Assembly (NCBI GenBank): GCA_951406725.2
Contig: OX597831.1
Span: 12,710,001 to 12,774,000 of the forward strand
Length of the DNA: 64,000 nucleotides
Source: Octopus vulgaris
Taxonomy: Eukaryota
Direction: 5' to 3'
Part shown: in pieces, positions 25,861 to 38,268 of the stretch
Position numbering within the stretch: position 1 is the first letter of the stretch
Layout: each line of letters opens with the position of its first letter
Program-made: the position numbers and the translations under genes
Notes under the pieces: generated by a model
Database searches by the model: none
Told to the model about the DNA's origin: nothing
Seen by the model: only the letters and a program-made list of their open reading frames with translations

Positions 25861-26120
25861 GCACCAGTATTGCTAGAAATAAGAGCCAAAACAACTCATA
25901 GCCACAATAACACCCTGTCTTATTTACTGACAAAGAAGGTGAGCTCCCTAAGCCCTGGGCACAGCCAGACGACTACTGACGATCCTTAATGTAAATGCTC
26001 GTCAGTGGTCATCTGGCTATGCCTGGTGTTTAGGGAGCTTGCCTCCTTTGTCAGACAATAAGACAGAGTGTCATTGTGGCTATGAGTTGTTTTGGCTCTT
26101 ATTTCTAGCAATATTGGTGC
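25861..26120. repeat. ~260 bp fold-back palindrome
   Basis: Arms 25861-25982 and 25999-26120 are near reverse complements (GCACCAGTATTGCTAGAAATAAGAGCCAAAACAACTCATAGCCACAAT...); 16-nt loop. Confidence 0.9.
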
Positions 26121-26204
26121 TGAATAGCACCCTCAGTCACTTTAGTGACATATATATTTCTGCCTTCAGTTGAAAAATTGCTAACAAGCCATCTTTATTA
26201 AGCA

Positions 26205-26246
<42 letters not shown>

Positions 26247-26267
26247 GACTAAAGTATACATATGCTG

Positions 26268-26299
<32 letters not shown>

Positions 26300-26304
<5 letters not shown>

Positions 26305-26474
26305 CAAAATGGGACAAGAACACAAAACATCCAGACAATTAGGTGATACAAAAAAGGGACAATGACCCGCCCTTGTTTTCGTCCTTGTTTTCTTTGTATC
26401 GTCTATCAGGATTTTTTGTTGCTCCTAATTTGTATTACCTAACTGTCTGGATGCTTTGCATTCTTGTCTCATTT

Positions 26475-26569
<95 letters not shown>

Positions 26570-27320
26570 CAGCATATGTAAACTTTGGTCTTTTATACGT
26601 AAGTATATATTTATCTAAATCTTGTATGACTCTATTCTTTCTTTCTTTCTATCAGCCCTTTCACGCTTACTATGTTCATTCCAGTCGTCATTCTTTCATT
26701 CCTCCTCTCTCACATTTCCTTGCCTTCCCTTCATGCTTACTTTCCTTCCTCTTTTTACTTCACTGTGTCTCTGTCATTTTTTCTCGTCCCTCCTTGATTC
26801 TTCTGTCCCTCTGCCTCTACCTCTCTCTCTTCTCTCTCCACATAACCGGTGTTTAGCCAAGCCTGACCTTTCTTTCTTGGTTCGGCCGCCGCCTGTGCAA
26901 CATCTGTATTCCTCCCTGTGCCTGTGAAATCTTGTATCCCTTCTGTAAGGCTTTATTTCCACACAGGCTAGCTTAATTTAATCTGTACTTAGACAAAAGA
27001 CACTTGTTGTTATGTCCTGTTATTTGTATTTGTGTAACATTCTCCGTTTTTTTTTTCTGTCCTTGTCTTCGTATACATTCACTGATTTTTCCCAAGGAAT
27101 CTAATGCTCTTAGCTTAATTTTTCCTTGGGGCTGGCCAAATTGGAGCAATCTTGAGTATAACCAGCCGAAATTGCAAAGATAATCTGGAACTCAACTGAA
27201 GAAAGAAAACTCCAAATGACCCGTCCTTGTTTTCTTTGTATCGGCTATCTGGATGTTTTGTTGTTCCTTTTTTGTGACACCTAACTGTCTGGATGTTTTG
27301 CATTCTTGTCCCATTTTATA
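26300..27320. mobile_element. Penelope-like terminal repeats in inverted and direct arrangement among (TA)n tracts
   Basis: ACCTAACTGTCTGGATG.TTTGCATTCTTGTC.CATTTT occurs at ~26437 and ~27278, and inverted at ~26306. Assignment to PLE is inferred from this geometry. Confidence 0.5.
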
Positions 27321-28860
27321 TATATATATATATATATTTGTTGCTTCTTTCAGTTTTTGTCTACCAAATCCACTCATCAGCTATAGTAGATGACACTTGC
27401 CCAAGGTGCCACACAGTAGGATTGAACCCAGAACCATGTGGCTGAGAAGCAAAATTCTTACTACACAGCCATGGCTGCACCTACATGTTATTTATATTTT
27501 TATCTGTTTTTAGTTAAATCATTTTAAAAAAGAATTATTTCATGTTGTTTTGAAGTTCCTAAATTCTTCTGATGTCAATCACAGTATTAGAATTTTCTTC
27601 ACCTGTAAGAAGGGGAAAGCATGATTGGCTAAAACCTTTGCTGTATACTTTTTCTTGGGTCAGATTAGAGTGCTATCTTTTTAAATCCATTGACTGCCTC
27701 AGACATAATTTCAAGTATCTCCTCACAAACTGGTTTAATAAACCTTTCTCCAATATTGCGGATTTTCATTTCCTTACACATTTTTCTAAAACAACTATCA
27801 GAAGCCTTTCTAAACCTCAGACTTTATTTTTATTGAAAATTGAGCTTTTCATTTTATGATCTTTAAGAAGCCTCTTGAAGTGATCAACAGGATTTCTTGT
27901 CAAAAAGTGCCATTACTTGTAAAATGGCATTGTAATTTACTAGGCTTTACTATTCAATTTCTCCCTACTCCAAGAAATATTGCATGACAGGTAAGATTCA
28001 AAATACCACTCTACTCTTCTGACCCTTTTCTGCATTTTTTGAACTCCTGACACTGTTAAACCTGATCAACATTGTATCAACATTCATTCACCAAGACAAA
28101 AGGATATTTTTTTTATTACTTGCTGTGTCTTAAGGAAGGGCCAGTCCCCCCCCCCAGCCTTCATAATCGCTTCTAGATCAGTGATGTTTATACTATTTAA
28201 GCACCTCTTTAACCTTTGCAAGACAATGCCTACAAGAAATACATCAGGAATTCCAGAGAGGGTGGCATTTTGGGAAGGAAGGACTGAAGATAGTGATTAG
28301 TGAAATGGCAAGGGTGATGAGAGGAGGAGGGACTGTCAGGCTGGGAATGCTTATGGGGAGGAGGTATGAATGTTACCAGCTCTGAAGAAGAGATGTTATT
28401 ACTGTATCTGTGTAAAAAGTAGTGAGAGGAGACAGTGCATCGGTGGGTCAGAGGCTGGATGGTGTTTTAGATTGACTTTATGTCTATCTTCCTAGACTGA
28501 TTCCGTTATTAAATGCAATCAAGGATGGCTGTATGCTGCTGCGGCAGTGGCAGTAGCACTGTTTCAGATATGAAAGCAATATTCCGTGGTGGGCCTCACC
28601 TAGGTTTTGTTGTCAATAAATGTCATGCATATCTTATGCATGCACACATACACATGCACATGCACATGCATTCACACACACAAATGAAAATGTGCATGTA
28701 TACACAGAAATGAAGAGTTTTGCTCAATGCACAATGGAAAAAAAAACTACTCTACTGATAAAGTTGTATACGAGTATTTGAAGTAAAAAAAATAGAGACC
28801 ACAGAGAGAATAAACTACATTAAAAGCCTGGTGTAGAAAACCAATAAGAAGGCCCTCACA

Positions 28861-28984
28861 AGATTTTGATGGTGATTTTTAGAATGATATTATAGGGTAA
28901 GGATGAGAGACAGGATCTGGTCAGTTCAAATGTAACACAGGTAGAATATTTGGGCCAGATATGGTTGGTTTAAATGCTAAAGGG
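28861..28984 (+). mobile_element. Right half of the piggyBac-type MITE
   Basis: Ends AAATGCTAAAGGG|TTAA. Confidence 0.7.
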
Positions 28985-29059
28985 TTAAAACCACTTTCAG
29001 TTCCAGCTAAGGACCTATAGTCTTTTGCAAAGGTGTGGCAATGAAGGGCACCTCTTGCA

Positions 29060-29260
29060 GCAGGTGTTTAGACAGTTACCACCCAAGGTGATACATGCCT
29101 TCATTGCATCATTGAATTCTTCAAATATTTTGCCTTTTTCAACTACTTTCTGCCATAATATGCAATACAGCTGATCCTTTAGGTTCTTTGCCTCAAAGCC
29201 ATATGCTAGTTTTAGAAAAACCATCTGACTTACATTACAAGTCCACTCCATATATGGAAG
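29060..29260 (-). mobile_element. Possible Tc1/mariner transposase C-terminal remnant
   Basis: LKLAYGFEAKNLKDQLYCILWQKV...FNDAMKACITLGGNCL resembles LK..VY....L..L...W...ACI...GG; no catalytic motif retained. Confidence 0.3.
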
Positions 29261-29384
29261 TCCCACAGTAAAATTTGGCACATGCTACGTACTTTGTTTC
29301 CAAATCCATGATGACACACACTCAGCATAAAATCACCAAAGCTTTCTGTTTTCGTGCTGCAAGTTTCTCCAACATATATCCATA

Positions 29385-29539
29385 AGTGCAGGAGTGGGTG
29401 TGCGGTAAGTAGCTTACAAACTACATGGTTCCAGGTTCAGTCCCACTGCGTGGCACCTTGGGCAAGTGTCTTCTACTATAGCCTCGAGCTGACCAAAGCC
29501 TTGTGAGTGGATTTGGTAGACAGAAACTGAAAGAAGCCC

Positions 29540-29583
<44 letters not shown>

Positions 29584-29795
29584 TGTATGTATATGTTTGT
29601 GTGTCTGTGTTTGTCACCCCAACATCGCTTGACAACCAATGCTGGTGTGTTTACGTCCCCGGCACTTAGCGGTTCAGTAAAAGAGACTGATAGAATAAGT
29701 ACTAGGTTTACAAAGAATAAGTCCTGGGATCGATTTGCTTGACTAAAGGCAGTGCTCCAGCATGGCCACAGTCAAATGACTGAAACAAATAAAAG
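29385..29795 (+). mobile_element. Full-length family A SINE
   Basis: Colinear with 15695-16100. Confidence 0.85.
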
Positions 29796-31151
29796 GATCA
29801 GAAACAAAAGAACATAGTGCAGCATAAATTCGCATTTTGTCTCCTCGAATCAACATGGCTGTCAGACATTAAAATGCTTCTTCCGTTACCTACAAACAGT
29901 CTTAGTCTTGGTTCTCATTAGGTTTTCTTAAAATCTTTCATTGCAAAATCTTTCATCGATTTTAATGTTCATTATTCCATGTCTGCAAGGGCTGGACAGC
30001 ATTTTTTGAGGCAGATTTTCTACGGTAGGATGTCCTACCTGTCACCAACCCTCACCTGTTTCCAGGCAAGGTATTATTTCCTTACAACCAGACGTGTTTT
30101 TGCAGAAGATTGTAAACGAAGACCACCACTCTCAGGATGGTGGCGTTCGTTTTACAACCATCACATGATGCCACGGCAAGGATAAAGTAACATGCACACG
30201 TGCATACACATATACATACATGACTATACACACGTGTGTGTGTGTGAGTGAGTGAGTGAGTGTGTATATGTGACAGGCTTCCATAAAGTTTCTGTCTACC
30301 AAATCCATTCATAAGCCTTTAGTTGGCTTAGAGTTATAAGAAGAAGACACTTGCCCATGGTACCACACAGTGGATTGAACCCAAAACCATGTGGTTGGGA
30401 AACAAGCTTCTTACCACACAGCCACACCTTAATAAATCCCAGTGTTTTTTTGAATTCCAAACAAAACAAAGAAAAAAAAAAACAAACAAATTTCTGATCA
30501 TGTTGCTGACCAATCTTTCTTACTTCCGTCATCAATTCAAAGCTAATAAAAATCGGTAACACCAGCCTTGTCCATCATCTCGATTGCCTTTCTCCCTTGG
30601 GTGACCAACAGTATAACTTCTACAGAGCCATGGTCCACCAGAGATCTATCTGCTCCCCCATATCACTAATGAGCAGCCCCAAGGAGTTGAGAATTTCAAA
30701 GAAAGCTATTTTGTTACTTTTAACACCATCAAAGCTCTGAAGACACCAAACAGGAGAGGGAGAAGTGTATCATACATCTTTCATATTAATGGTGTGTAAC
30801 TTAGGGGAATTCAGCTGCCGATTATAAGGCCGTGAGTTCAATTCCTGGCAGCTTGTTGTGTCCTTGAGCAAGACACTTTTATTTCACATTGCTCCAGTTG
30901 ACTCATCTGGCAAAAACGAGTTGTACCAGTAATTCAAAGTGGCCAGCCTTGTCACATTGTATCACACTGAAACTCCCTGAGAACTATTAATCCATTAAGG
31001 GTACACATGTCTGTGGAGTGCTCAGCCACTTCCACATTAATTTCACAAGCAGGCTGTTTGTTAATCGGATCAACTGGAAGTCTCATTGTTGTAACTGATG
31101 GAGTGCCAATCCTCTTTCACATATTAGACTGAATCCATTTTTTGTCAGGCC

Positions 31152-31535
31152 ATCATCATCATCATCATTATCATCATCGTTTAACATCTGCTTTCCATGC
31201 TAGCATGGGTTGGACGAATGACTGAGGGCTGGCGAACCAGATGGCTGCACCAGGCTTCAATCTTGATCTGGCAGAGTTTCTACAGCTGGATGCCCTTCCT
31301 AACGCCAACCACTCCTAGAGTGTAGTGGGTGCTTTTTACATGCCACCGGCACAGGGGCCAGTCAGGCGGTACTGGCAACAACCTCGCTCGAATCTTTTAC
31401 ACATGCCACCAGCACAAGTGCCAGTAAGGGGATGCTGGTAATGATCATGCTCGAATGGTGTCTCTTTTATGTGCCACCGGCACTCTAGCAATAATCACGC
31501 TCGGATGGTGCTCTTAATACCCTACTAGCATGGGG
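31152..31535 (-). mobile_element. Family C SINE
   Basis: Reverse complement of the 41337-41705 copy. Confidence 0.8.
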
Positions 31536-31569
31536 CTAAATGTTACCAAACCATCACAACACAACTCTG

Positions 31570-32100
31570 GTGTGCTTCAAAGTGCAGCGATTCACCCATT
31601 TTTTCCCTCCTGAACTGCTTGTCATCATATCTAACACCAAACATATTTGAATACATACCATACTAATGGTTCTTTCTACTTTCACTTTCTGCTGACAGAT
31701 TTTGATAACAATCACTGCCAAACCTGTGCCACTTTGATTAACAGAGATTGCAAACACAACCTCCTAATAAAGTCAGGACAATTTAGCCGGTTTCAACAAC
31801 ACAGAGACACAGAGACTTAGATCATGGAAACCATCTTGTACATAATTCTATCTAGTTTCAGGCAATACACAAAATATTGAAGATTTCTACAAATACTAGA
31901 GAACTTGATATCAAGTATTCTGATATCATCACATGCTAAAATGAAAGCACTTGTCTTCCTATGATGTACAATGTTGTCCTTTATACAAATGGTGTTAGAT
32001 TTCAGCTTGGCAGAGTCTCTTACGCTGAATTGTCATAAGTCAAATTCTATGATAAATAATTCTAGATGTATTCCTTGTGAATTATTCCCAGTCAGTGGTT
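31570..32100 (-). mobile_element. Possible very old hAT transposase remnant
   Basis: Minus frame IKDNIVHHRKTSAFILACDDI resembles FSLA.DES.D, followed by NQSGTGLAVIVIKIC; weak similarity only. Confidence 0.3.
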
Positions 32101-32622
32101 GGACAATGAATAATGAAACAGTTTGAAATTCTGCGAATACAACCTCACATCCGCATGTATTTATTTAGGTGTGGTTGTGTAGGTACGGGGGGGGGGCTGA
32201 GTGGTGAGGAAGCTTCCTTCCCAGTTATGTGGTCTTCAGTTCAGTCCCACTACATGGTACCTTGAGTAAGTGTCTTCTGTTGTAGCACAGGGTTGACTGA
32301 AGACTGGTGAGTGGAATGGGTGGATGGAAACTAAAAGAAACCTATAACACACACACACACATCCTTTGAGTTCATTTATGTGAAATGTTTTTGAGTGTGC
32401 TCATACAAAGTTCCTCTGCTGTTCATTCTGGCTACCACTTATTCTATTCTTCCAGATTAATTCTATGGAATGGTTATTAGTGTGGTGCTGCTATAGGGTA
32501 GGATCAATATAGTGATAACAAGAAGTCTTGGATGGAAATTCATAAGTCCTTTGATGCATTGCTACATATGTTTCCACAAAGCACATGTTTTTTTGTTGCT
32601 GCTTCCCCCTCATATACACATT

Positions 32623-32669
<47 letters not shown>

Positions 32670-33139
32670 ATGTGTGCATATATATATATAGTAATACTAA
32701 CTTCGGTATGTGGTGATGCATTTCTTTTGCTGACCCCTTAATATTAGTATTACTAGAATTTACCGTATAACGGCCCTGTTTTCATCCCAAATTCTACTTG
32801 GTGAAATTTATTGATTACTTCGTAATTAATTAGTTTTACCCTTAATTGCTATATATACATATATACATGTGTGTGTTAGTGTGTGCCTTGTTTTAATGTT
32901 ACATGATGGTTGTAAATGAGCATCACCATCATACAAGCAATGTGGTTCATTTACAGTTTTCCATGGAAAAGATATCTACCATAGAAAATATTATTTGCTT
33001 AGACAAGTGAGGAACAGGGACAAAAAGGACATCTGGCAACAAAAAATGTGTCTCACCAAGTTCCGTCTTACACACACATGCAGGCATGCAAAAGAGGACA
33101 TTAAAATGATGATGATGATAATGCTGCTGCTGCTGCTAC

Positions 33140-33174
<35 letters not shown>

Positions 33175-33814
33175 GTGGTGGTGATGATGACGATGTGAAT
33201 TAAAAACCATGAAGGCCTTTTTCTGTCGGTTTGGCTCAACTAACCATTTCCATTGTTATTTAACAAGATTCACCCACACACACATTGCCAAGCTGTCCAT
33301 AATGGTAACAGAAGATCATTTAGCAAATTGTGAATGAAAGTTAAGTCTGAGGTATCTCGTTTAATTAATGGCACAAGATTAATGGCCTGACAAAACTTAC
33401 TCCAGTGCTAATACAGTGTTGGTTATGAATAAATAAATATATGGACTCATTTTGATATATATATTTAGAATTGCAATGAAGTTAGATTCTCTAGGGGTTT
33501 ACCAGTAGCTTTAATGAAGATGGAAGTGATTGATAATATTTATTTAGCTTGGTTTGGCAGGAAAATAATGGTTTTACAATTTTCTGGCAAGGTGCAAGCA
33601 TGGTTGAATAATTTGTTTGCCAACCATGTGATTTTAAGTTCAGTCTCACTGTATAACACTTGGCACAAGTATCTTCTAGAGCAGCCAAAGATCATGTGAA
33701 GGATTGTGGATTTGAATTTGGTAGATGGAAAATTGAAGCCACCATGACTGAAATGCATAAAAGATTCTACCAACCCTATTAGAAGAGGCTTTTTTTTTTG
33801 TAGTTATTCTTTTA

Positions 33815-34195
33815 TAATTTTACTTGTTTCAGTATTTTGACTGCGGCCATGCTGGAGCACCACTTTTAGATGTGCAAATCGACCCCAGGATTTATTCTTT
33901 GTAAACCTAGTACTTATTCTATTGGTCTCTTTTGCCAAACTGCTAAGTTATGGGGACATAAACACACCAGCATCAATTATCATGCAATGTTATGGGGACA
34001 AACACAGACACACAAACATATACACACATACATACATATATATGATGGGCTTCTTTCAGTTTCTGTCTACCAAATCCACTTACAAGGCTTTGGTTGGCCT
34101 GAGGCTATAGTAGAAGACACTTACCCAAGGTACCATGCAGCGGGACTGAACCCGGAACCATGTGGTTTGTAAGCAAGCTACTTACCACACAGCCA
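33815..34195 (-). mobile_element. Family A SINE
   Basis: Colinear with 20341-20738. Confidence 0.85.
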
Positions 34196-36647
34196 TGTAG
34201 AAAATAATGAAAAATGTGCACAGAAAGTATGAGTTTGCTTGTTAAAAACTTTTCCAAGTGATAGAGAGCATCAATCTTTTTCCAGTTGACTTATTCAACC
34301 TTTTGTTACTGTATTTTTGGTGAAATACAAAGCTGTTGTTTGAATTAATTTTGAAAATATCAAATGATTTACTAACTTAACTGCCTAACTGCCATTATTA
34401 AGTTGATGTTAGGAACATAAATTAAATTGGAATGTTGATGGATGGTTTTAATTTAGACTGTTTTCAAACGGTAATTGGTATTTTAGAACTAGGAGCAGTC
34501 ACAGGTGTCAGAAGGATTAAAGACAAGAATCACAACAATGATAGAGATTGGCCAATGTGGAGTGTCAAGCCATTTTTTGTTTACTGCTTCTGTTCTTTGG
34601 TAACGCTGAGTTAATTTCTCAGCTCTGACAACAGAAAATGGATAGTTTACTATAGAAAAAAAGAAAAAAAATGGACAAAAATATACTTTATAGAATTTTT
34701 TAGAATGAATGTAATAACCAGCCTAAATTGAATTGAGTATAATGAGAAAAGCTCAAAGAATTTATACAATCAAACGTGTAGGAAATTTTCTGTATAAACA
34801 AATTATGGTAGAGGAGCTAACTAAAGGTGGTGGTGGTGGGGAGGTTTAACACTCTATGGTATCTCTCAGTGATGTTTTCAATGATAATTTTTGTGAACAG
34901 ATGAATCATTTCTTTGGGTTCCTGTAGTTGGAATTCATGTCCAGAAGGACAAAGAATGCCAGGAGCAATAAAAAGAAAAAAAGGAGGAAGGTTCCAAACA
35001 CATTATTTGTCAAATGAAATTGCAAAATTAATTTTATTTCTCTTAACTCTAGTTTCATTTTGATACAATCATAGTCTTTGAAATGTCAAAGGCAAAAAAT
35101 CACTGTTCAATAATACAACACCTGATGCCATACATGTTGAACAGGTAGAAGTTTTGCCATAATTTACCTTCAAAGTATAAATTGTGATCTTCAGATTCAA
35201 GAGAGGTCTGTATGTTTTGAAGATGTTTATAAGGGTCAGATTCCCAGATAGAGAACCTCATAAAGTAACCATAAAGTAAAAATAGCATTCTCATGGAAGG
35301 CTGCAGGAACCAAGACATGACAATGGTACCAATATAGCAGTGAAGTGTATTCAAGGATAAAAGATGAAAGTAAAGGTGGGCAGAAGGAAGGGCATCCAGC
35401 TGTAGAAAATTCACCTGAACAAATTCTGTCTGACCTATGCAAACATGGAAGAATATTAAATGATGATGATGATGATGATGATAATGATGATGATGATAAT
35501 GATGATGATGATAATGATGATGATGATGATAGTTGCAATGCATTGCCTTTGTGTTGCACCGATTCAACAAACTACTGTACTGAAGCACTTACCATTCTCA
35601 GAACTATTGGAAGTGTTTATAATTAATAAAAAAGGTAGCATATTCTCCCCCCCACCACACAATCTATCTATCATTATCTTATTTGTCAAATAAGATCATC
35701 AGTCAAAAATTGAAAGTGTGAAATGATTTGCATCAAATCTTATTGATATCAAATTGGTTCTGCGATATGTTCTGTAATTTCATCCTTTAGTATTCAAACT
35801 GACCATATCAGACCCAAATATTCTACCTGTCTTATGTTCAAACTGACCAGATCATGCCTCTCATACCTACAATGTCATTCTAAAAATAAACAATCACATT
35901 ATTGAGATCGCAAAGCTACAAAATAACAATAGTTAATTTAAAATACTGTGAATGAATAAGTATTAGATTTGACAAAGTTATCTGAGTGATTCAGGGCTCA
36001 TCTGATACAAAATACAAAAAGTAAAGTAAAACAACTATTAAATACATGTCATTTTATAAGTGTATAGACCTGTCATCATTCAACATTGTTACTGCCATTA
36101 ACATCTGCATCTATGATAGCTTCCGCCATTTAATCTGCAAACTTTCAAGTGATGGGCTTTGTGGGGGCAATGACAGACCTTTGGTATTATGTTGTGCTTG
36201 AGAAGAAGACCCATCAAGCTGATCAAAATCGCAGTTGCTGCAGATACTAGTGTCATACAAATGGCACCCTGTGCTGGTGGCATGTAAAAACACCAATTAC
36301 ACTCTTGAAGTGGTTGGTATTAGGAAGGGCATCCAGCAGTAGAAAACCATGCCAAATCAGACTGGAGTCTGGTGCAACCTTCCAGATTACCAGCCCTGGT
36401 CAAACCTTCCAATCTATGCAAGCATGGACAATGGACATTAAATGATGATGATGATGATGACGATGATGATGATGATGAACCATATGCGATGCTAATACTG
36501 ATAATGAAGTAAGAAATATCAAGACTTACTCTGACTGAGGTATGTTATGTGACCTAGGACTCATAATGCTAGAGTTTAACTGGTTTTCCATGATGTAAAA
36601 GTGACTTAGAATCTAAGTCACATTAATATCATTGAAAACTTTTACAT

Positions 36648-36932
36648 CAGTGGTTCCCAAAGTGGGCAGTGCCACACTCTAGGGGCAGTGGAAAGAACTA
36701 GGGGAGAGTTGAAGAAAACTGAAGTGATAATGGGATGACCAAAACGGGGCAATGGATGTAAAAAACAAACAAACTAAAGGGTTAATCAGGTTATGATTTA
36801 TTTGTGAAATAGTGTTGCTTTGAATTTGCTGCAGAAAATGGTTTTTGTCTGTGATGGTGAGTGGGGAGGGGGCACTGGGAATATTGCCTTAGAACCAAGG
36901 GGTGGCAGCCTGAAAAAGTTTGGGAACCACTG
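36648..36932. mobile_element. hAT/Charlie-type MITE
   Basis: TIRs CAGTGGTTCCCAAA / TTTGGGAACCACTG; degenerate 8-bp flanks TTTTACAT / ACTTAGAT. Confidence 0.8.
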
Positions 36933-38131
36933 ACTTAGATGACACCAGTTCATTGCAGGGTTAACTTAGAAGCCATTGCTGGAAGCCATTCACAGCTGGA
37001 TGAACCAAAGACCAAAGCAACATGAAAGGAAGTGTTTTTGCTTAAGAACACAATACACCACCTGGTCTGGGAATTGAAACTATAACCTTGTGATATAGAG
37101 TGCTTCACCCGAATCACTTGGTCCAAATTTGAGAAACTCACTCAAAATTCATCTTTTTTGCTTCATTTTTTAATTTTTTTTACTTGTTTCAGTCATTAGT
37201 GTGTGGCCATGCTGGGGCACCACCTTGAAGAATTTTTAGTTGAACAAATTGACCTCAGTCCTTTTTTTTCATTTTTCAAGCTTTGTACTTATTCTATCAA
37301 TCACTTTTACCAAGTTGCTAAGTTAAGTGGACATAAACAAACCAACACTAGATGTCAGGCAGTGGTGGCAAGCACATAGACAAAAAGACACAGACACACA
37401 CACATACACGTGCAGGGAGATATGTGTATGTATATATATATATAACAGGATTCTTTCAGTTTCCATCTACTAAATCCACACTCATAGGACTTCAGTAGAA
37501 GGCACATGTCCAAAAGTGCCATGCAGTGGGGCTGAACCTAGAACCATGTGATTAAGAAGCAAACTTCTTACTACACAGCCACACTGGCAACATCAATTTT
37601 ATATAATGTTGACAGGTGGGAAACATGTCACTGCAAACTTAAAATTAAATTACAAACGAATGAAAGGAAATTAAAAGAAATTTTGGGTGAAAATCAATCA
37701 AAGAAATTGGAAGCTAAAAGACCTGACATATGCAGAATCGTTATTTCAAGTGTCTTTTTTTAAGGTCACTGTGTTCTGTCATCGGTGGTTTAACAAGAAT
37801 TAAAGCTGCAAAGAAAATTCCTGGTATTTTTTTCAGTTCTCTGGAAAAAAATTTACTCAATAATATTGGGAAAGCTTTTGAGCACAAAGTAAATGTCATT
37901 TACATAAATTTACAATGCTGATGTAAATGGCAAAGAACTCTCAAATGAATAAATCAACAGATAGACTGTGGGGAACAATGACATAAATCCATCGATCACT
38001 CAGCAAAATATACAAACTAGAAAACTTCACTTAAAATATTTTTGTATCATCCCAGATTTTTCTGTTTCCCCAAAGCATTCCTTCGACAGGCTGAAGCCTT
38101 TTGTAACCATATTTCTGTTAAAATACATTGC

Positions 38132-38268
38132 TTTTATTGTGTCTGGGGAGAGTCTTTCTCTTTTAGTGCCTTATTATTTAAAACACTCACTGGTTGGAGA
38201 TCGAACTGGTGAGTGTGTTAAATAATAAGGCACTAAAAGAGGAATGACTCTCCCCAGGAACAATAAAA
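38132..38268. repeat. Hairpin insertion within a piggyBac-type MITE (~38093-38505)
   Basis: CTGGGGAGAGTC.TT.TCTTTTAGTGCCTTATTATTTAA.ACACTCAC pairs with GTGAGTGTGTTAAATAATAAGGCACTAAAAGAGGAATGACTCTCCCCAG. Confidence 0.85.

Noticed and set aside
28496-28573. Plus-strand terminal exon candidate (TDSVIKCNQGWLYAAAAVAVALFQI*)
   Set aside because: Acceptor-like site only; the hydrophobic run derives from GCT/GCA low complexity.
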